Shown piece by piece: positions 25,110 to 36,832 of a DNA stretch of 64,000 nucleotides (positions within the stretch are counted from its first letter, which is position 1; the number at the start of each line of letters is the position of its first letter). The translations under genes and the position numbers were made by a program. Below the pieces are notes generated by a model. It was not told the origin of the DNA and did no database searches. It saw only the letters and a list, made by a program, of their open reading frames with translations. The stretch lies in NCBI GenBank assembly GCA_964187785.1, contig OZ076409.1, positions 60,142,001-60,206,000 of the forward strand. Reading direction: 5' to 3'. Origin of the DNA: Amphiscolops sp. MND2022. Lineage: Eukaryota.

Positions 25110-26153
25110 TGGTGACAGTCGTAACATGGTTCTCAAAGACTCCACAAATCCACCCACCAAAAGAACGAAACAACAACGTGCAACTAGCGAACAAACAAGA
25201 GACCGTCCCTCAACATCTAAAATACTGTCTTATCCAACCGCAGACATTCCCATCTGCCCTTCTACTCCCAATGCCGAAAGCGCTTACTGCTTCGCTCCCA
25301 GTTTTCGATGGTAAGTCCGAAAAGTTTGAACTTTTTCAGGACCTATTCAGAAACAACATCAAAATGTACCCTCATCTCACAGAGATTCAAAAAATAAATC
25401 ACTTTCACTCACTGCTACGAGGAAACGCGCTCCAAGGGTACTGTAACCTCGACGACACCAAAAAAGACAACCTGGAAGAAGTCATAACGGCTTTCAAAAG
25501 TCGTTCGGCGATTTCCAATCATCAGCTAAAACAAAACAAGATCCGAGTGGGACGCCCTACATTTCGACCCAACAAAACAAAAACTCCATGAATTTTTGGA
25601 CACATTGCAAAAAACGGCTAAAGAAGCCTTCGGATCTGAGGCACAAAAATTCATCGATAAAGCAATATACGCTAAAATGCCAGACCACGTTAAAAAGATC
25701 CTTAACAGGGCCTACTTAGAAGACAAGCCCTACAACGATATCGTTCTGCATCTTGAACGAGAGATGCAATTGAACGGACTAGGCGCGCCTGATGAAACGA
25801 CCCTAGTCCCTCTTAACACAGTGGACGCCGTAGTGACAGATGAAAAGAAAGAACAACAACAAAGAGGGTATTGCTTCCACTGTTGCAAATATGGCCACTA
25901 CAAGGCACATTGTCGCCGATTTCGAAAGGAGCGATACTACGCCAACACAAAACCAAACATTAAAGAGCCAAATCAAAATGAACCGCCAAAACCCAAATGT
26001 GATACGTGCGGAAAGATGCACAAAACCGAAAACTGTTGGGACGGAGGTAATGCTGCAAATGACCCCAGGAAACGCAAACGAGAATTCACCATCCCAACAG
26101 ATAAGATTGGGGAACAACCCGTACCTTCCAAGTCGACCCAACCAAAAAACTAA
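24735..26153 (+). pseudogene. gag: Gypsy gag (starts inside the LTR), frameshifted
   Basis: (M)TTRSQKRRAIAEL.. (ATG intact in the 3' LTR at 38640); LPVFDGKSEKFELFQDLF..QKINHFHSLLRGNAL; zinc knuckles CFHCCKYGHYKAHC and CDTCGKMHKTENC. Confidence 0.85.
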
Positions 26154-26220
26154 AATCGCCGCGCCTACGCTTTGGGGAAAAAGTAGACGCCAGGGCGTAC
26201 ACCATCGAATACCCCCCAAA
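26144..26220 (+). promoter_or_regulatory. -1 ribosomal frameshift signal (A AAA AAC plus stem-loop/pseudoknot)
   Basis: Heptamer at 26144-26150 directly before the gag stop. The -1 frame is open into ORF 26297. Stem GCGCCTAC/GTAGACGC; loop TTTGGGG is complementary to CCCCAAA (26214-26220). Confidence 0.75.
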
Positions 26221-29200
26221 TAGGTACGAAGAGGATTTTTTCACAGAATGTAACGAGGAACCAACTCAGGAGTGGCAACGTCGCTGGAACGTAGGCATGA
26301 TATTTAGACACAAAGCCAGACACCCAGACGATCCAACACAACTACCCCAAAGGATAACGGAGTCACCCGATAATTATGCAACACTCGAAAGACCTCTGCC
26401 AGAATCAAAAACCCAGCGCATTTACATATATGACAGAGACTATAGATGTGACCCTTGGGACGAACCAACCATCTATGACACAAAAAAACTCTCTTTCAAA
26501 ATCCAGGTTTCAAACCCTCAAGCCCAATCCTCTGAGATTACAAATTTACCATCACCGCCGTCACCAATCCTGAAAGGACAACACCGTCCCCGACAGTACC
26601 CGTCACCATTACGTCCACACCGATAGATGCAGAAAACATCATCTGGATCGATTATAAAACAATATGGGCACAACAAGAAAGAGACCAACGAGGGAAAACT
26701 GATCCTACAGTATCACTTCCAAAAACCGCGCCTGCCACAGCAATGACAAACGAGGACGAAGAAAAAACGGAATGCCTTTCAAAGCTACTCGAAAACTTAG
26801 ATGTAATCAAAGAATTCATCCAACACGACAAAGATTACGACTACATTCTGTTAATGTCCGCAATCACCCTCAAGAAGAAAAAACGAATGCTCTTTCTACC
26901 AGTTGAATTCAACACTGTCAAAATCGACGCCCTTGTTGACTCAGGTGCGTACATTAACGCTGTTAATGAAAGGGACGCTGAAAAACTTCGACAGAATGCA
27001 AGTCAATGCATCGTCAACAGAGCACCCCACCCCCTTTCAAAGTGCAGTACGCTAACGCTGAAATAGAACAACCACTCGCCACGTTTACCCTACGATTCAA
27101 AATAGGGGACTACACTTTTGAAGAAACGTTCATTGTCATGAACCAAACATCAGTCGCCATAATAGGCTTAGCATTCGTCCGAAAACACACCGCAATACTA
27201 GATACTGCACAAGGGAAAATTGACCTCCCGAAGATACAAATCACGATGGCGCTCACAGACGAAATGCAAAAGTGCAACCCCAAGCCCATCATGATCAAAA
27301 CGGAATCAAAACATACGATACCTGCACATGCCACACGCATAATCTACTTATCAAAACTAGTGAGTACCGAACATCCAATAACTGGAACAATCCAACCTCT
27401 ACCGCAATTTGACGAATGTTCAAAATTAATGATAGCTCCGGCAATAACAACTGGCAGAGATAAAAAGGTGGCATTAAAGATTGCCAATACAACCGACTTT
27501 CCTTATACAATAGCCACCGACACCAAAGTAGCTGAACTACGAATACTCAAACCGGAAGAAACGAAGATGGTTCGCCCAGTTGACATTGCTGCCCTCAATC
27601 TCCTCACAGAACACGACGACGTAGTAACGTACATCAACGCACTAATGCAAGTATAACGGCCGGAGGACAATGAAGAAAAATTCTGGTTTCCAACCCCAGA
27701 AAACCCCGGCAACGAACAAGAACATTCACCCACACAAAAACGCAATCTGAAAGAACTACGGGAACTCGCCGAACTGGAAAAACTCGATGCAACTCAAAAC
27801 GACGAATCCCAAATCGAGTTCCTTGCAATGTTCAAATGGACCGACTCACTAATCACGGGAAAAGATCGTAATAGCCTAGAAAACACAATTGTCGAATTCC
27901 ATGACATATTCGCCCGTCACAGATTGGACATCGGAATGAATACGCAGTTCAAAGTCAACTTAACTCCACAAGATGACAAACCAGTATACACACAAAGCCT
28001 ACCAGTCCCAATCACTCTCAAGGAAGATCTAACGGTAGAGCTGGCCCTCATGCATAGATATGGCATAATCACAACTCTCCCATTCTCCAAATATGCCAGC
28101 CCCATATTCGCACAATGGAAACCTAACGGCAAGCTGAGACTATTGGTGGACCTGCGAAAAATCAACGCCCTCATTACAGTTGACTACATCAACAACAACC
28201 ACCCGGTTAGCACCCTCTCAGATGCAGCACAACACCTAGCAAGGAAGAACTGTTCTGCAAACTCGACTGCTCCCAGGCGTATCACTGCCTCCAAAGGGCA
28301 GATCAAAAGTCAGAAGAATTACTTGCTTTAACTTTGCTAGTAGGGCGTTTGCCTATCGTCGCCTGGCACAAGGACTAAGTAGAGCGCTGTCAGCCTTCTC
28401 AAGCTTCATGCGGGAGTACCTCGACTCAGTAATCAAAGCAGATCAGTGTGCACAATACGTCGACGACATTGGCATAGCCGCAAATACAACGGAACAACTC
28501 ATCAAAAATATCAGAGCAGTCATCAAATGTATACGAAAAGTGGGATTAAAGTTGACCATCGAAAAATGCTATTTTGGTGTAACGCAAATCGAATTTCTCG
28601 GACGAACTATCACCCCAGACGGAGTAGCCCGGCAGGATCAAAAAATCAAAAATTTCCTCTCAAAAATTCGATTCCCTAAATCTAAAAAACAAGTCCAAAA
28701 ATACATCGGTTCCGTCAATTACTACCAAAACTACATACCGCGCTTATCAGAAACACTCATTGGTATGTAAGAACTGCTGAAAACCGACTCTAAAATTAGA
28801 ATCTCGGAAGAACTCGTCGATAACTTCAAAGAAATCAACGCCAGCCTAGCTGAAGCCTGTGGTCTTGCACTCAGACAACCCATAGCAGGGAAACAGTACG
28901 TCCTAATGACGGACGCAAGTTTTCGAGCATCATGCTACGCCCTAATGATAGAAGAAAATGATGAAAGAAAACTCCTCTCCAAAAAGAAAACTTTCGCACC
29001 TGTAGCGTTCGAGTCACGTGTTTCCTCACCAGCGCAACTAAAGATGTCAATCTACTGCAAAGAGTTTTTGGCTATATACCACGCATTCCTCGAATATAGT
29101 CACATCCTATAGGAAACAACAATACCGACACTAGTTTTGACAGACAACCGTTCAGTAACAAGATTTTTTTCCAGACAAAAACAACGCCGCCTGCACTTTG

Positions 29201-31347
29201 GAATGCCTGCGACTATGTCCTCCAATTTAAATTTCGAATCATGCACGTAGCAGGCTCCCAGAACACGGCAGCAGACTTTCTCTCAAGACTCGAACTCACT
29301 CTAAAAGAAAAAGTACAACTAGAGCTAAGAGATGACATCTCAACGTCACCAACAGAGGTCAACTTACAATCATCAGATGTTGCAGACGAAGAACAACTTT
29401 TCTTCCTGACAGATGAAGAAGAAGAATCCGAACAAGAAATTTTTGCCAGGAAATCACAAAGTAAACAACGGGCACAGGAAGAACACGAAAAAGAATTATC
29501 AACAAAAGTAGCTGAAGACATTAAGATACCTCTCAACTCCGCAGTCTACTCGTTCGGCGCAATCAAGGAAAACGCACGGATCAGAACCGAACAAGACGCG
29601 GATCCCCTCCTGAAAGCGTTGAAACTACGGATATCACACGAAGAATACGACAAGCACCTCCTTAAAACTAAACCAAGAGGACAAAATCTACTACGTCACA
29701 AAGAAAGAATCATAATGAAAGATGGAGTCCTATTGCGGAAGTACTACGGAGAAGACGGAACAGTCACACACAACCAAATCATAATCCCGCAACACCTAGT
29801 CCAGAAATTTTGTCCACGCTACATGGGAAAACAAACAAGCATCCAGGAATAACAAAAATGATACAGGAATGTAGCGCCAAATACTATTTCCCGGGACTAG
29901 CACGGAAAATCAGAGCCTGGGTAACTAGTTGTCCAAATTGCATTGCCAACAAGCGAATTGACAAGTGACAAATACGTCCCAAAATGCTGAGCAACACTGA
30001 ATTCACAATGGGACCAGAAGTTGCCATATTACCAAATTTACCATCATCCATTGGATTTCAACACATCATCACAATGATGGATGTCTTCTCACGCTACCTT
30101 TTTGCATACCCAACTCAAGATTTGACAGCAAAGACAGTGGCCCGTTGCATAATCGATGTAATGACACGACATTGCTATCTACCGACCATCATGCTCCAGA
30201 CAAAGGATCACAATTCAGATCAGAAGTGGTCAATCAGATAGCCCAAACGCTAGACATACGGATAAATCACGCATCGACAAAACATCCGCAAACAATAGGC
30301 ATATTAGAAAAAACGCATGCCTCTCTGAAGACTTCGTTAAAAATATCAACGGGAGAAGACAATCAATGTGGCACAAATATGTCTAAATCGCCGTCATGAA
30401 CTACAACACAAGCTATCATGAGAGCTTGGGCTGCGAACATACAACAGTGTTTCACGGATGCATTCCGTACAACATCTTAGACATCAAACTTCGATTAAAA
30501 CCCGAATGGAAAAAAGGCAACAACGAAGAATTAACGTACAAACTACAGAAACAAATAGCCGAGATCCATCAAGCCGCCATAGAGAATCTGATGCAATCAT
30601 ATCTCAACTACAAACAAAACTACGACAAGAAAGCGACTGCTACACCTCTCAAGGTCAACGTCTACTGCTACGTTTTAAACCAGAAAGCAGACAACCAGTC
30701 AATGAACTTCGCCTTCAAAGATTGCATCTGGACTGGTCCTTACGTAGTCGTTAAAGTGCTTTCAAACAACATTTATGTCGTACGTCGCACGGGTACACGA
30801 TACACGCAAACCCTCCATGGAATTCGCCTAAGACTATATGCGCCCAATCAGCGAGTACCTGACGTAACCGTCAGAAGGGAAGATTACCTTCCAGATTCAG
30901 AGTTAAAACAACCCACAATGTTTGGTACGCGCAAGCTTGGGAAACCGAATTCGGATGAGCTCTGTTCGGCACGCCTACGGAAAATTCAATAGAAGAAGCT
31001 ACAATCACCGAAATCACAGACAAGACAGATGATGACGCAACTACAACGGAAAATGAAGTGGCTAAAACTGCTATAGATGAAAACTCTAATGGGGATAAAA
31101 CATCCTCCGATAACGTTACGTCATTTAATCTGTACGTCACTGACAATCCTTGTGTTTTGACTCCACCGCCTATACAAAGCCCTCCACACTAAAAAAACTC
31201 CCGAGCTACCTCCTATAGTTGTCGGATACAATCCTAGGAAAGTAGGAATATACAACTTACGACCTAATCCGAGAACTAATGTGAATCCTGACTTCAAAAT
31301 GCTCGACTCAGTGACTACGGAAGACTCACGTCAAAATCATAACTAGA
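26150..31347 (+). pseudogene. pol: Gypsy pol (PR-RT-RNase H-IN), disrupted
   Basis: PR ALVDSGA; RT SKYASPIF..LRLLVDLRKINA, KLDCSQAY, YRRLAQGL, QYVDDI; RH TDAS; IN HHCC (LHGK..HPGI..CPNC) and core MDVFSRY..DKGSQF..HPQTIGILE; W.GPY.V. Several stops and frameshifts. Confidence 0.95.
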
Positions 31348-31531
31348 TGAAAAGTTTCAGCATATCAAACCAAACCGGAGTGGCAACTTTAAATTTTTCA
31401 AACTCGCTAAAGCTACAAAACCAAAAAACGGACAACTAACGTGCCCTAAAGATATACAACAAGAGGATACCAGCACGTCATAAATACAGTTATAAAGAGT
31501 CACAGTCAAATGAGCGTCAATATATCAATCG

Positions 31532-34500
31532 CTAAAAGAGTTTCCCAATCTTATGATAAATAGTAGGATCAGGATTACCTCCCTTTGAGTTAGTCTTCAC
31601 CTTTTTTCCTCCACTGCCCTTCATAGATGATCCGCAGGGCTTACTCGCGGACTTAATAGACGAAACAGACGCAGCAACATTCTTTGCAACTGACTTGGGA
31701 CTTACTCTTTTCACCATCTTCGAACTGACTACGGAACTTGTACTGCTCCCAGCATCAGTTGAATTGCCAACTTGACTGTCGCGAGAACTCCGGTTTGCTT
31801 TATTGCACTCAAGATAGTATGTCTCACAACTTTGGCGTCGCTCCAACAAATACCTCTGGAATAAGGATTTATAACGTTCCACAAAAACAGCGACATCACT
31901 CAGTCGAAACTTTTTCCACACATCAACATCACCACTGACGAAGAAGACTCCTGCATTCGCAAAAGCCACCTGAATAGCATTGAGGATAGACCAAGAAAAA
32001 AATAATTGCGGATTGAAACCCGAGCCGAGGACGTGAGACACTACCATCAGACCACAGTTTTGGACCATCACCTGATTAAGCGTACTGCCAATTAAATCGA
32101 TGGTCACAGCAGGAGGATCGCTATAAGGTGTCTCAACAACACAACAGATCTTGAATAATCGCAAAATATGCGTACGGGACTGAAAACCAAAGTCCCGTAG
32201 AAGAAACTGCACCACATCATGAATCCCACTTGCAGCGTATGTAGCATTTTCGTGATGCCTCCGTCTCTCCACATTATAACTCTTATATTCAGGAGAGGCA
32301 GCTTTCAACTCATCCGAAGACAACACGTTGCATGTCGAGAATAACTCACAAAGTGAATTGAACAACTCAAACACATGCTGGTCATCACCCTCTAACATAA
32401 CTTCCGGGCAAAAACTGTACAGCCCGCGTGAGATGCCAGATGTCACGGTTACGTTATCCAGAATCAGGAACACAAACCGATCGATGCATTCTCGACACTT
32501 AACACGGAATACTCGCATTTCACCCGTCTTCGTAGCAGCCAAATCACGTCCGAAATCACAATCCATCAGGAACTCTTCCACAGCAATAACACCAAAAGCT
32601 GACAATTTGGACGTGTCCATATAACTTTCCCATTCATGGATGCCAGGCAAATCGGACAGTCTGCGGGTCCTCATCAGCAAACAATAAACGAAATTGCACA
32701 CCTCGCCGTACCCACGGAAAGCATAATCTGATCGGCATTGTCGCAACTTTCCGAAGTTAATGTAGTCTAAAACAAAACACGAGGATACAATTAAAAGAAA
32801 GTGAAGGCACGGAAGAAAGCAACTAAAACAAAGCAGAACAATAGCAGACAACAGTCCCAAATAACGGTAATCCTGATAAACTAATCACAGTCGTCAGTCA
32901 GAACCACGGACACACAACAGAAAAACATCATACTTACGGGTGTCTAGAAGCAATCGCAGGAAACCGAACCGATAAACGATCAGGCTATCGGAAATCAGTT
33001 CAAAGTCGGTACCTCTTAACTAAAACACAACAATTATCCTATAACAATGTCAAGGCAAAAACAATGACACAGATACCACCCTACCCAAAAAAGACCCAAA
33101 ACCCAAACCTTAAAGAGGAAACAACCCACAAAAATAAAAAACTTACTCGATCGACGGTACTCTTGAAGTGAGGATGGCCAGTGTAACGGATATAAGGACG
33201 GATCGAGGACTAAAGTTCAATCACATCACTCAAGACATCTCGCAGATCACTGAATGCAACGGACCCCTCACGGATACACTTCCGCAAGAGAGGCCTATCT
33301 TCGGTCCAGTCTTCATAAAGAGACCCCTTCAAACGATGAACGACGTACTCGAGGGCTGTTGTCACCTCCAGCATACCAAACACGTCCTGATGTGACTGCC
33401 GAAAACACTGAAGGAACACATTTTCATAAAATGACCTCAACACCATAAATCGACGTCCGTCAGCTCGATTATCATCCATTACGCGGATGAGAGACGGACT
33501 CCCACTAACAACTGACACAGGGAGCTGCTCTCCCTCGAAACAAGTCATCACCTCAGCTAACGGAAGGAGTTCGGGATCGGGCACCTTCTGATCTAAAGAC
33601 TGACTGCCGACACAGATTTTTTTGAGACTTGTCCCATTCGCAAAGGACATAAGAGCGCTCCACACTGCCCACCTTTTCGAACTATACCCCGTACTCCTTG
33701 AACGACTTCACATCATTGACCATCAACCGAAGAACCCGCGGTGCTAATCACTGACAGAGGAAGGACTAAAACACAAATACAGAATATTAACAATGCGTAA
33801 ACAACCGACCGCCTACTCCCATTTATCACCATTCCCCTGGTTTTACGTGACAAAACGCGGGAAAACTACTATTAAACACATTCAACTTATAACGGTCTCC
33901 AAACGGCTCCACCGCAGAGAGAATCCAGGTTCCCTTTCGCCCAAAGTAGCACAAGAGTGACCCCACAGACGTCGAAGGTAGTCGAAATCGCCGCCGTTTC
34001 GGAGGAATTCACAAAAACAGGACACCAGCGTCATAAAGGGCACCTTCGAATCAGCCCTATTATGCTTCGGCAAGAGATCTTCTGGAAACGGGTACTCCCC
34101 GCTCAAGTCCACAAAAGGCACGCTGATCATCCGACAACTCCATGGGCTCCATCAACCTGTTCAGATTTTGTAAGCCCATGTGAACCCAGTAGGTGACATC
34201 CCTGAACCAATGCGCATCAGAACGGAAACATCGACTAAACCCTCCAGAGCCATGCGCTTTCATGGCCACATCACGTCCACACACACGGCAGTGGAAATGC
34301 ATCGCCTCTCCGGTCTTGGCCCCAGTCACAAAGTCGGCGAAAGCAGGATGACGGCTCTACATACGACGAAGGAGCTCATTTCGACTACTGTATTTCTTTT
34401 CAGGACGCTTCGCCAGTCGACTCTCCACCTTCTCGCTAAGCTCTTGAAACTTTGCAAAACACATACATGCTGCCAAGAAAGGAAAACACAGTCCTATAAT

Positions 34501-35582
34501 GAGACACGTATGGTACGATTCACTGATTCAACATACAAACGCCAACCCTGAGACAATACACCGGTAGTGAAATACTAACCACTTTGAATAGTCAAAGAAG
34601 TCCTATCCTTCACTTCCTCCGCGAGCTGACGGCCCAACAACACTACATCTTGAGGACTCAGCGACACCCCTCCGGATCGGTACAGCTGTTCATCGTCCTG
34701 ACCTACATAACAGCAATAGAACTACACCAAAGAAAAAAACCCATACAGAATGCTATCATACACTATGTGAAACAACAAGTTCAAAGCATTATAACTCACA
34801 ACCCAGTACAACCTGAAGAAAAACAGAGACGGAAACAAAGCGCAATTCAACTAACTTTGCCAACCACTCAGACAATGTGTCAAAGGAGGAGGAGACGGAG
34901 GTGTCGGAACAGTTTTCCGTGCGCGTTTTGTTGGCGTTGAAAAATTAACGGCAACCTCCCGGGTCACACTACTCCTCGGATCTAGAAACCAAAAAGACAT
35001 CTGAATGCGTGCCCTTTTTCTCTACCATGAACAACAATTGGGCAATCAACAGAATACCAACCGGATTTTTTGTTGCCGGGGGATCAGTCTCACCTTCTTG
35101 AGACTCACTGTCAGCATCCTCAGCAGTATCGAATGTTGTCGATTCTGTCCTGGTCTGAAGAGGGATTGCAGCCAGTGGAACTTCAGACACAGGCAACACA
35201 GAAGTTAACACATCGTTAACGGAACAAGAAGAATTAGGGGCAAGAATAGTGGAAACTGAAGGCAACACAACAGTTCCAGAAGTATTAGTTCCCGTTGCTG
35301 CTACGGAAGTAACAGCAGTGGAAGTGCCAGGTTGAGGAACTGAAAATCAAGATCAGGATTTCAGACGCGTCAGAAAATCGGGTGAGACTAAATTGGCTGA
35401 TCACCAAAAAACACGTCCTAACACCCATGAAAGTCAGAAAGATTTTACCAACCTGAAGCATTTTTAACATTTTCTTCCTCCGAATAAACCACATCATCAT
35501 CGGAGTAACAGAAATTGGTTTCGTTCCCACTGACAAAACCAACAGCTGTGAGAGTAGGAGGAACACTCTCATCATTCTCCAT
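31532..35582 (-). pseudogene. Antisense 7-exon gene inside the Gypsy element; zinc-finger protein, probably hAT-transposase-derived (~1080 codons, a few disablements)
   Basis: Exons (-): 35582-35453, 35339-34856, 34702-34580, 34469-33891, 33765-33147, 33019-32938, 32766-31532. Donors GTTGGT, GTTAGT, GTTAGT, ATAAGT (mutated), GTAAGT, GTAAGT. Pyrimidine-rich YAG acceptors. Phases 1,1,1,0,0,1 match at every junction. Motif HFHCRVCGRDVAMKAHGSG..SDAHW. The confidence is for the gene structure; the hAT origin is less certain. Confidence 0.8.
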
Positions 35583-35869
35583 TTTGAGAAATTACAGCAG
35601 AAATCTTCAAGATAATCAAAAGAAAAAAAGAAATCAAGAAAGAAGAAACTACGCTGAGTAAGCGTAACCACCCAGAAAACATTAGCAACGTCATCCCTAA
35701 CTATTCAGGAAAGATACAAATTCTTCAACTTCACTGAAAGGCCTACTAAGGCATTGACGGGAACAAAACGTTTCCAAAAATCCTACTGGTGAATAATATT
35801 CATAAAGAAGCTCTGAAGAAAACCCTCTCAAAAGCCATTTTAGAAATTACGTTTCGTAAACGTATTCTT

Positions 35870-36120
35870 TTCGAGGAAATTGATGACGTCATAACGACGC
35901 TGATGAAAGAAAATGGAATTAGGACGAAGATTTCCTATTTTGACCAATCACAGCGAAGATAAACATTCATCGCCTTAAAAGGTCAGGACGGACCAGAACG
36001 AAAGCGGGAAAATCAACCAATAAAAATTTGAAGAAAGCCACGATGGAAAAGAAATTGAAACGATCATTTGTCGTCCAATTTCCATAGAAGCTTGACCAGC
36101 ATCTCTCGCCAATCTAACTC
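35870..36120. promoter_or_regulatory. Putative bidirectional promoter of the accessory cassette
   Basis: Lies between divergent ATGs (35582 minus, 36183 plus). CRE TGACGTCA 35884-35891; CCAAT at 35944 and 36017 plus two more downstream; E2F-like GCGGGAAA 36004-36011; CHR-like TTTGAA 36027-36032. Confidence 0.5.
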
Positions 36121-36182
36121 TACAATTTTCTACACAAACTTCTGAAACCTCCTCGCAGAAATACCGAAATCAAAATCTAAAA

Positions 36183-36596
36183 ATGAACGGCTACTCACTT
36201 GTGATAGACATATCTTCTGATGAAGAAAATACGCGCCATAGCACTCCGATAAAAACCCTGCCACTCAACTTGGTCAGGACGCTGAACATCAGCGACTCAT
36301 CTACAGAAGTCTATCGCGGTAGCGATGCGGAACTAAATTCCAGTTTTGAAACCAAATGCTCTCCGAAAAGAGTAAAATTGACCCCCCGAAAGAGGAAAGC
36401 ATCAAGAGTAACTTTTAACCTGCTACCTACCGTCTGTAAACAGAAAAATAATTTGGAATCTGATTCCGATGATTTTTATGAAGAACTGGACTCGCTCGAG
36501 AAAGCAGCTCCTCTCAAAACTTCACAGAAGGCAAACGTCTACCCAACGCAAAGGGAAAAACGCAAGCAACTCTCTAAACGACTTCAGCGAACCTAG
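36183..36596 (+). CDS. Accessory ORF, low-complexity protein with SIM-like motif and NLS (probably originally longer, to ~36750)
   Basis: AAAATG context. LVIDISSDEE near the N-terminus, PKRVKLTPRKRK, acidic ESDSDDFYEE. Coding-like text continues in an overlapping frame up to just before the PPT. Confidence 0.55.
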   Translation: MNGYSLVIDISSDEENTRHSTPIKTLPLNLVRTLNISDSSTEVYRGSDAELNSSFETKCSPKRVKLTPRKRKASRVTFNLLPTVCKQKNNLESDSDDFYEELDSLEKAAPLKTSQKANVYPTQREKRKQLSKRLQRT

Positions 36597-36832
36597 AAAG
36601 AAAACGCCACAAGAATACCATGAGGAATTATGCTCCCCTGAGGCTCAAGAACACTTTGAATAAATAGTTCGCGAACTAGAACAAGAGGAAAGGAAAATCA
36701 CGTACATGACTGCGGGGAGAGGACGCGGCCCTCACCAAATACGAGACTAAATCAGCCGGCCCCCTGTTGTGATAAAGAAAAAAATTCCTCACTGCCATGG
36801 TTTTCCCGTATCTTTGGCATCAAGAGGGGCCC

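Noticed and set aside
31532..32860. env gene or signal peptide at the start of the 442-aa ORF
   Set aside because: It is antisense, and the hydrophobic N-terminus is translated U-rich intron sequence upstream of the acceptor at 32767. No fusion-protein or transmembrane pattern.
34813..34855. Alternative 43-nt intron using the TTTTCTTCAG acceptor at 34813
   Set aside because: The 34703 acceptor gives a stop-free, phase-matched exon. An extra micro-exon cannot be excluded without RNA data.
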